DNA of 64,000 nt from Kiritimatiellia bacterium (GTDB lineage Bacteria > Verrucomicrobiota > Kiritimatiellia > JAAZAB01). Below are positions 57,852 through 64,000 of this stretch, piece by piece. The stretch is taken from NCBI GenBank assembly GCA_040767085.1, contig JAXGPF010000005.1, positions 96,001 to 160,000 on the forward strand. Direction: 5' to 3'. Every line of letters starts with the position of its first letter. Position 1 is the stretch's first letter. The translations under genes were made by a program, and so were the position numbers. Under the pieces are notes generated by a model. That model searched no databases and had not been told where the DNA came from. It was given only the letters and a program-made list of their open reading frames with translations.

Positions 57852-59807
57852 TTAATCGTTTCCGCCGGCAGCCAGGGAGGCGCGCCGCTGGCGCCGCCAG
57901 GCAAAGAGGATGCCGGCCGATCCCACCAGGATGGGAATCAACAGGATGTTGACCGCCTTCACCTTGACGCCCAGGCGTTCAATGCCTTCGCGCAGGTTTT
58001 TGCGCACCTGCTTGAGCTCGCCCTGGGTCCGCAGTTGTTCGGCCTTGAAGCGCTGGACTTCCTGTTCCTGCTCGGGCGACAGAATGTAGCGCTGGTTTTG
58101 ATCCTTGCGCGACTGCAGGGCGTTCAAGCGTTCGCGGGTGGCTTCCAGTTTTTCCTGCAGCGCCTTTTCCTGGAGCATCCAGCGCTGCTGGGCTTCCTGC
58201 TGCAGCGCCAGCACCTTGTCGAACGGCCGCTCGATCCGGCCGCGGGTGCGGATTTCCGCCAGTTCCACGGCGCCGGACAATTGTTCCAGGGCATTGGCGA
58301 ACAGGTTCAAATTGTCATTGATCGGCTGGTAGCCGCGGTAGCCGAAAAGATTGATCTCCTGCACGCAGAAGCTGTCGTACAGCATATCCACGTCGCCCAC
58401 GAGGATGACGGTGGTGGGCTGGACGCTGGCCTGCAGGCTCTCCTCCGCCGCTGCCGGGGGCGCATTGGTGCCGGCATCCGCCTTGACCGGCTTGCCCTCC
58501 GGGAAGGCGGTTTTAAAGTTGCCGTGCAGGCGCAGGGCGAGCGGCAGGCGTTCCAGTCCCGGCTGAAAATCGCGCCGGACCATGTCGCCGCCCATCTGCG
58601 CCATCATGCTGGGCAAAGTTTTGGACTGTTCGGAAGAAACAATCAAAGGCGTGAGCTTCAGCCCTTCCGCAGCCTCGCCGCGGAACACGCCGGCCATGGG
58701 CATGATCAGCGAATCGAGACGCGTCATCAACAGGTCGTCCCGGCGGAAATTGCCCGGGCGCAGGCTGAGAAACAATGGGCTATCCTCCACCCCGCTTTCG
58801 CCCTGGCGCACACGGGTGCTGGCATTGATGTCTGCCAGCACCTGGCCGGCGTCCCAGTCCAGGCCCCAAGCCTTCGGCAGACGGCCCAGATCGGAAGAAG
58901 TCTGCGGGGGCATGCCCATCATCATCTGCGGCTGTTCCTGGCTGCGGGCATCGGCCAGGCAGAGCGGATCGACGAAAGCCAGCACGCGGCCGCCGCGCAG
59001 CACAAACTGGTCAATGGCGTACTGCGCCTGGTCGGAAAGGTTTTTGGGATGCACCAGCAGCAGCGCGTCGATGTCGGCGGGTATTTCCTCGACTTCCGCC
59101 GTCAGCTCGCGGATTTCGTAATCATCCGCCAGGCCGCTGAAAGCCGCCCAGGGCGGCTGGTTGCGCGGCGGCGTCTGGCCGCCCATGGCGAAGGGCATGG
59201 CTTGCACGCCCATGACCGGCAGGCTGCTGATCAGGCCCAGGACCGGTTTGGCGGGATTGGTGACGCGGGCGATCATGCGGGTGATATTGTATTCCAGCAT
59301 GGCTTCATCGCGCGGATCAATGAACGGGATGACCGTGTGGGTATCCCCGCACACCGCCGCGAGGCCGAGATACAACGGGGGGCCGAGCATGCCCAGGTTC
59401 TGCGCCGCCACGCCGTAACGTTCCGCCCACTCCTCGGCGTCGGAATCCGGCTCCGGGTTGTAATTTTCCAGCAGAATCCGGCCGCCGCCGGCCAACTGGT
59501 ATTCGCGCAGAAGGTCTTCCACCTGCTGCGCGAAGTATTTCAAGGGCATGGGAATTTCCGGGGCGCCGGCATTGAAGAAGAACTTCAGGGTTACCGGCTG
59601 TTCCAACTGCCGGACAATCCGTCGGGTATTATCCGAGAGCGTGTACAACTGGTCTTGCGTCAAGTCCTTGCGCAGGCGGGAGGCGCCGACGATCAGGTTG
59701 GCGGCGATCAACAACACCAGCAGCGCCAGCAGTCCCGCCAGACTGCCGCCGATTTTCCAGAAACGCATCCAGTGTTTGTTCGAGTGAGTCTTAGTCATTG
59801 TGGTCAT
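57852..59807 (-). CDS. GldG-like ABC-associated auxiliary protein
   Basis: DLTQDQLYTLS, LLREY, EYNIT, IDQFVLRGG..FVDP, VGDVDM, C-terminal TM. Confidence 0.88.
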   Translation of the reverse strand: MTTMTKTHSNKHWMRFWKIGGSLAGLLALLVLLIAANLIVGASRLRKDLTQDQLYTLSDNTRRIVRQLEQPVTLKFFFNAGAPEIPMPLKYFAQQVEDLLREYQLAGGGRILLENYNPEPDSDAEEWAERYGVAAQNLGMLGPPLYLGLAAVCGDTHTVIPFIDPRDEAMLEYNITRMIARVTNPAKPVLGLISSLPVMGVQAMPFAMGGQTPPRNQPPWAAFSGLADDYEIRELTAEVEEIPADIDALLLVHPKNLSDQAQYAIDQFVLRGGRVLAFVDPLCLADARSQEQPQMMMGMPPQTSSDLGRLPKAWGLDWDAGQVLADINASTRVRQGESGVEDSPLFLSLRPGNFRRDDLLMTRLDSLIMPMAGVFRGEAAEGLKLTPLIVSSEQSKTLPSMMAQMGGDMVRRDFQPGLERLPLALRLHGNFKTAFPEGKPVKADAGTNAPPAAAEESLQASVQPTTVILVGDVDMLYDSFCVQEINLFGYRGYQPINDNLNLFANALEQLSGAVELAEIRTRGRIERPFDKVLALQQEAQQRWMLQEKALQEKLEATRERLNALQSRKDQNQRYILSPEQEQEVQRFKAEQLRTQGELKQVRKNLREGIERLGVKVKAVNILLIPILVGSAGILFAWRRQRRASLAAGGND

Positions 59808-59823
59808 ATGCTCCCGTCTGATT

Positions 59824-60561
59824 TTACTTGCGATTTTCCAGCGCGAGATTGGCCGCGCATAACATGAACGCCATCACGCTGATGTAGTAGGCAAAATCCC
59901 GGACATCCAGCACGCCCTTCTGGAAGGCCTCGTAATGCGGCATGAAGCCGAACGCCGCCACCACCCGCACCAGCCAATCCGGGGCCCAGCGCACGAGCAT
60001 GTTGGTCACCGGCGGCCAGCCGGCCATCAGCAAAAACAGGCAGATGACCAGGGCCAGCACGAAACTGATCACCTGGTTGCGCGTGAGGGCGGAGGTCAAG
60101 ACGCCCACCGCCAGGTAAGCGCCGGCCAGCATGAAACTGCCGACATAGCCGCCGAAAATCACGCCGTAATCCGGCCGGCCCAGCCAGGCCGTGGTCAGGA
60201 CGATCGGGAAGGTCAGCACGATTGCCAGGCCAAGGAACAACCAGGCGGCCAGGAACTTGCCCAGCATGGCCTGGGGCATGGTGATCGGCAGGGTCAACAG
60301 CGTTTCCATGGTGCCGGCGCGGCGTTCCTCCGACCAGAGCCGCATGGCGGCCGCCGGCGCCAGGATCAGGAACATCCAGGGATGCCAGAAGAAAAAGGCC
60401 CGCAAGTCAGCCTGGCCGGCTTCATAAAAATTCGAGACGAAAAACGTCAGGAAACTGATCAGCATCAGGAACACGATGGTGAAAACGTAAGCCACCGGCG
60501 ATTCGAAATAAGAAACCAGTTCCCGGCGGGTAATGGCCTTGGTGTTGCGTATAAAATCCAC
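59824..60561 (-). CDS. GldF-like ABC-2 permease
   Basis: RELVSYFESPVAY, MRLWSEERRAGT.E.LLTLP, GKFLA, TRNQ. Confidence 0.92.
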   Translation of the reverse strand: MDFIRNTKAITRRELVSYFESPVAYVFTIVFLMLISFLTFFVSNFYEAGQADLRAFFFWHPWMFLILAPAAAMRLWSEERRAGTMETLLTLPITMPQAMLGKFLAAWLFLGLAIVLTFPIVLTTAWLGRPDYGVIFGGYVGSFMLAGAYLAVGVLTSALTRNQVISFVLALVICLFLLMAGWPPVTNMLVRWAPDWLVRVVAAFGFMPHYEAFQKGVLDVRDFAYYISVMAFMLCAANLALENRK

Positions 60562-60637
60562 TTTCTGCCTCCTTTAAACATTGATCGTTGAAACACATCC
60601 GCGCGCCGGCTTATAACCAGCCGGCAGGCCGCCCCAT

Positions 60638-61570
60638 TCAGGAAGCTTTGCGCTGCGGCATGGTCAATTCCCGGAACACGTCGTCTAACCGCCCTTCCAA
60701 AACCTTCACGCCCGCCACCCGGCAGGCGGGCTTGGCGCGGATCAGCCCCAGAACTTCCGCCATCAAGCCGTCGGCGGAACGCGGATAAACCAGCAGGGTG
60801 TTGCGCCGGGCTTCCACGCGCATGGCGGCGGCCAGGCCTTCCAGGCCGGCGCGCAACTCATCGGCCCCGGCTTCCACCGTCAACTCCACCGCTCCGTGCT
60901 GCGGGCTGCGGGCTTTTAATGCGCCGGGCGCGCCATCGAACACCACGGCGCCCTGACAGATGATGATCACGCGCCCGCAGACCGCCTCCACTTCCTCCAG
61001 GATGTGGGTGGAGAGCACGATCACCTTGTCTGCCGCCATGTCGCGGATCATGGCCCGCACCACCTGTTTCTGGTTGGGGTCCAGTCCGTCCGTCGGCTCA
61101 TCCATGATCAGCACCGGCGGATTGTGCAGGACCGCCTGGGCGAAGCCGACGCGTTGCCGGTAGCCCTTGGAGAGCGTGCCGATGCTTTGAAAGCGCACCG
61201 GCTCGAGGAAGCAGCGCTCCACCGCCGCGCCCACCTTCTGCTGGCGTTCCCGGCTGGAGAAACCGCGCACTTCCGCGATGAAATCCAGGTAACGCCAAAC
61301 CGTCATGTCGGCGTAAACCGGGGAATTCTCCGGCAAATACCCGATCTGGCGCTTGGCCGCCACGGGCTGCTGAAGGATGTCATACCCCTCGATTTCCGCC
61401 GTACCGGCCGTCGGCGGCAGGAACCCGGTGATCATCCGCATCGTGGTGGTTTTACCAGCGCCGTTGGGGCCGAGAAACCCCAGCACCGTGCCCTTGGCCA
61501 CTTCAAATGACACGCCGCGCACCGCATGAATTGCACCGAAACGTTTTTCCAACTTCCTGACTTTTAGCAT
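60638..61570 (-). CDS. GldA-like ABC ATP-binding protein
   Basis: GPNGAGKTT, LSKGYRQR, DEPTDGLDP, STHIL; AGGAGG RBS. Confidence 0.95.
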   Translation of the reverse strand: MLKVRKLEKRFGAIHAVRGVSFEVAKGTVLGFLGPNGAGKTTTMRMITGFLPPTAGTAEIEGYDILQQPVAAKRQIGYLPENSPVYADMTVWRYLDFIAEVRGFSSRERQQKVGAAVERCFLEPVRFQSIGTLSKGYRQRVGFAQAVLHNPPVLIMDEPTDGLDPNQKQVVRAMIRDMAADKVIVLSTHILEEVEAVCGRVIIICQGAVVFDGAPGALKARSPQHGAVELTVEAGADELRAGLEGLAAAMRVEARRNTLLVYPRSADGLMAEVLGLIRAKPACRVAGVKVLEGRLDDVFRELTMPQRKAS

Positions 61571-61637
61571 ATCTCCTCCTCGCCAAAAACGGGATCCCTG
61601 CCCGTAATTTTTGAAATCCAAAAACAATCCGGGTAAA

Positions 61638-62360
61638 CTATATTATTTGCCGCGGAGTGGCAAGCGTTTCCTGCTCCCGGGCCTTGGGCACCCGCACCCG
61701 CAAAACATTCTCGTCATACTGCGCCTGGATGTTTTCCCGGTCCACCGCTTCCGGCAGGCGCAAACGCGTGTGGTAATTGTTGCGCATGCCGCGCGCCATG
61801 ATGGAAAGAATGTCGCCCTGCAATTGCACGTCAATCCCCAGCCGGTCCACATCTGTCAGGGCCACGGTGATCTCGTAGGCCTGGTCGTCCTCCGTCATCT
61901 GCAAGGCCGGCGAGACAGACGCCCGCTCCCACCGCCAATCCAGCGGATGGCGCGTATGCCGCCAGAGCCCGTCATTAAAGGCATGGGCGAAAATCCGGTC
62001 AATTTCCCGCTGCAGCCGGCCAAAATGCTCGACCGCCGCATTCCCGGGGCCGGGCGTCGACGCCGGGGCGAAAGACGAAGGCGTGGCGCCGGCAGTCAAT
62101 TCGGCGAACAGGCGTTCAATCCGGGCGTGAATCTCCTGGATTTCGTCCGCGCTTTCACGGGCGACCACCGGCGCCGGCTCGGTCACGGCCTCTGGCGCGG
62201 CTTCCCGGCCGAAAAGCCGCTGCGCCAGTTCCGTCATGCGCTCCCGTCCAAGCAACCGGCCAACGCGCTGCCAGCTCCAGGCCGCCAGCACTGCTGTCTC
62301 CACCGCCACGACCAGCGATAGAATGATGACCGCCCGGCGCAATTTGCGATTAGTTTGCAT
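61638..62360 (-). CDS. Hsp20/alpha-crystallin domain protein with N-terminal TM anchor
   Basis: EDDQAYEI, LPEAVD..IQAQYDENVLRVRVPK; hydrophobic N-terminus. Confidence 0.8.
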   Translation of the reverse strand: MQTNRKLRRAVIILSLVVAVETAVLAAWSWQRVGRLLGRERMTELAQRLFGREAAPEAVTEPAPVVARESADEIQEIHARIERLFAELTAGATPSSFAPASTPGPGNAAVEHFGRLQREIDRIFAHAFNDGLWRHTRHPLDWRWERASVSPALQMTEDDQAYEITVALTDVDRLGIDVQLQGDILSIMARGMRNNYHTRLRLPEAVDRENIQAQYDENVLRVRVPKAREQETLATPRQII

Positions 62361-62390
62361 TTTCTGTGTGTTTGTGTCATCCGCGGATTA

Positions 62391-62427
62391 TTTTTTATCC
62401 GCAGATTACGCAGATTTGCGCAGATTT
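62391..62427 (-). repeat. 9-nt-period dispersed repeat (cgcagatt x3), inverted copy of 44000-44026
   Basis: ttttttatccgcagattacgcagatttgcgcagattt. Confidence 0.85.
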
Positions 62428-62574
62428 TGACGGAATTCTCGGTGATATTATTACCTGCCCCGCTAAAATCTTAAACTTCCAAAACGACAGGCTGAATGAA
62501 ATTAAAGCAGGATGCGTGCCAACCGGAAATGCCTGCGGAAAATACCAACATGGGCCGGGGGATGGGGAACGCGG

Positions 62575-62613
62575 CCGGACAAAATGTCCGAACGGCCCGG
62601 ACATTTTGGCCGG
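62575..62613. terminator. Long hairpin just downstream of ispF
   Basis: ccggacaaaatgtccg / cggacattttggccgg, 15/16 paired; no clear U-tract. Confidence 0.45.
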
Positions 62614-62617
62614 GGAA

Positions 62618-63097
62618 TTATCCGGCTTGCTCGACAGTGGCGATGGCCATGGCGGCGATTCCTTCGCCGCGGCCGATGCTGCCGAGTTTTTCCATGGTGG
62701 TCGCCTTGATGGAGACGCAGTCAACCGGCAGTTGCAGCGCCGCCGCCAAACGTTCGCGCATTCTGGCGCGATGCGGCGCCAGCCGCGGATATTCGGCCAG
62801 CACAGTGGCATCCACGTTGACGATCCGGGCGCCGCGCGCCGCCACCCGCCGGGCGCAATGCGCCAGCAATTGCAGGCTGTCGGCCCCCTTCCACCGCGGG
62901 TCGGTATCCGGAAAGTGCTCGCCGATGTCGCCATCCGCCACGGCGCCCAGGAGGGCGTCCGCCAGCGCATGGCACAAGACATCCGCATCCGAATGCCCGG
63001 CCAGGCCGCGGGGACTGTCAATCTCCACCCCGCCCAGCACCAGCCGGCGGCCGTCAGCGAAGGGATGCACGTCAAAGCCTATGCCGGTTCTGATCAT
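62618..63097 (-). CDS. ispF: 2-C-methyl-D-erythritol 2,4-cyclodiphosphate synthase
   Basis: GIGFDVH, GHSDADVLCHALADALLGA, DIGEHFPD, KATTMEKLG..GRGEGIAA. Confidence 0.97.
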   Translation of the reverse strand: MIRTGIGFDVHPFADGRRLVLGGVEIDSPRGLAGHSDADVLCHALADALLGAVADGDIGEHFPDTDPRWKGADSLQLLAHCARRVAARGARIVNVDATVLAEYPRLAPHRARMRERLAAALQLPVDCVSIKATTMEKLGSIGRGEGIAAMAIATVEQAG

Positions 63098-63099
63098 GC

Positions 63100-63999
63100 T
63101 TACTCCCCGATGATTTCGTAAGCGCCGGGCGCGGAACCGGAAAACATTACACTGCCGGCGGCAATGTCCGCCGGCGCGGCGGCCAGAGCGCCATGGCAAA
63201 CCACCAGGGGCCGCGCCTTGAATGGCGGCGTCAGCGCCACCGTATCGCCGGGCGCCGCATGGCCGGCCAGCCGGCGCTCCGCGCGCCGGTTGGAACGGGA
63301 GTCGTACACAAACGCGCCCAGGATGGACACGGGCGCTTCGAGCGCCTCCAGGCGCAGCCGGTGGGCGCCGAACGGCAAGCCGCGGATACCGCGGCGGTTT
63401 TCGAGGAAAATCTTTGCCCCGTCCGAGTTTTCAAACGGCTGGTTGGCCGGCTGGCGCAGCTGCTCGACGCCATCCACCGCCGCCAGCAAAACACCGGCAT
63501 CCGGCTGATCCACATACGCAATCGAAATCTCCGTGCCCACCGCCTCCAGTTCCAAAGCGGCGCCGGGCGGCAAAACAATCCGCATGGCGCCGTAAGGCGC
63601 GCCCCAGGCGGATGCGAACGGGACGGGGCTCAATCCGCCGCGCTCCCACAAGGCGGACTCCGCGCCGATAAACCGGCGGTCGGGGCAGATTTTGCAATCG
63701 GCGGCGATGATCACGGGATTCGTGCCGACGGCCTCCACGATATGCCGGTCGCCCAGCGCGAGACTGCCGTGGACAAAGGTGGAATTGCGGAGATCGCGCT
63801 GCTTCATCGAGCGGCCGCGGCTGCCGGAACGCCAGACCCCGTCCACCTTGAACCGCAACTTGTCCTCCGACTGGCACCAGAGATTGAAAACCGTATCCTC
63901 GATGATCAGGCGCGGGCCTTGGATGCGGGGATGCGGCGCGGTAAAGGTGACATGGCCGCCTTCCCAGCCGTAGGTGTTGGGATGCAGGCGTTCGGGCAA
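63100..63999 (-). CDS. Hypothetical protein, C-terminal part (start lies beyond the right edge)
   Basis: Open frame to the window edge, stop abutting the ispF start; beta-rich, no motif recognised. Confidence 0.7.
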   Translation of the reverse strand: MPERLHPNTYGWEGGHVTFTAPHPRIQGPRLIIEDTVFNLWCQSEDKLRFKVDGVWRSGSRGRSMKQRDLRNSTFVHGSLALGDRHIVEAVGTNPVIIAADCKICPDRRFIGAESALWERGGLSPVPFASAWGAPYGAMRIVLPPGAALELEAVGTEISIAYVDQPDAGVLLAAVDGVEQLRQPANQPFENSDGAKIFLENRRGIRGLPFGAHRLRLEALEAPVSILGAFVYDSRSNRRAERRLAGHAAPGDTVALTPPFKARPLVVCHGALAAAPADIAAGSVMFSGSAPGAYEIIGE

Positions 64000-64000
64000 C

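Noticed and set aside
58035-59867. Long + strand ORF (610 aa) and similar antisense ORFs (e.g. 5218-6399, 56288-57952)
   Set aside because: Antisense shadow frames of well-supported genes in high-GC DNA
62361-62570. CIRCE heat-shock operator upstream of Hsp20
   Set aside because: No TTAGCACTC-N9-GAGTGCTAA match seen

Overview
GC-rich bacterial chromosomal window, most consistent with the PVC superphylum (Kiritimatiellae/Lentisphaerae-like, inferred from protein styles). Left to right: peptidases and hydrolases, a type IV pilin-like protein, xylose isomerase and a GHL10-like glycosidase. Next is an unannotated operon of two near-identical small secreted hairpin proteins with LolA-like, TPR-YidD and TPR-TM2-like genes, running into a GT-C/deacetylase/GT4/ArnT envelope-modification cluster. 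Housekeeping genes follow (HU, dapF, hisI, Ser/Thr kinase, lgt, rluD, tilS), then an AT-richer polysaccharide-utilisation island (beta-helix protein, CBM-glycosidase, PL8 lyase, AraC), transporters, birA and an FG-GAP protein. At about 43.7-46.6 kb lies a scarred accessory island: a repeat patchwork, a phased TGAAACG array, an apparently collapsed helicase-methyltransferase defence locus, a RAYT-SLOG fusion carrying in-frame palindromes, and a second SLOG gene. The right end holds a moxR-bat operon, a GldAFG-like ABC operon, an Hsp20 and ispF. Covarying GTAG-type REP hairpins occur at 6.4 kb and 56.3 kb. No rRNA, tRNA or CRISPR array was recognised. All family assignments come from reading motifs by eye; no searches were run.
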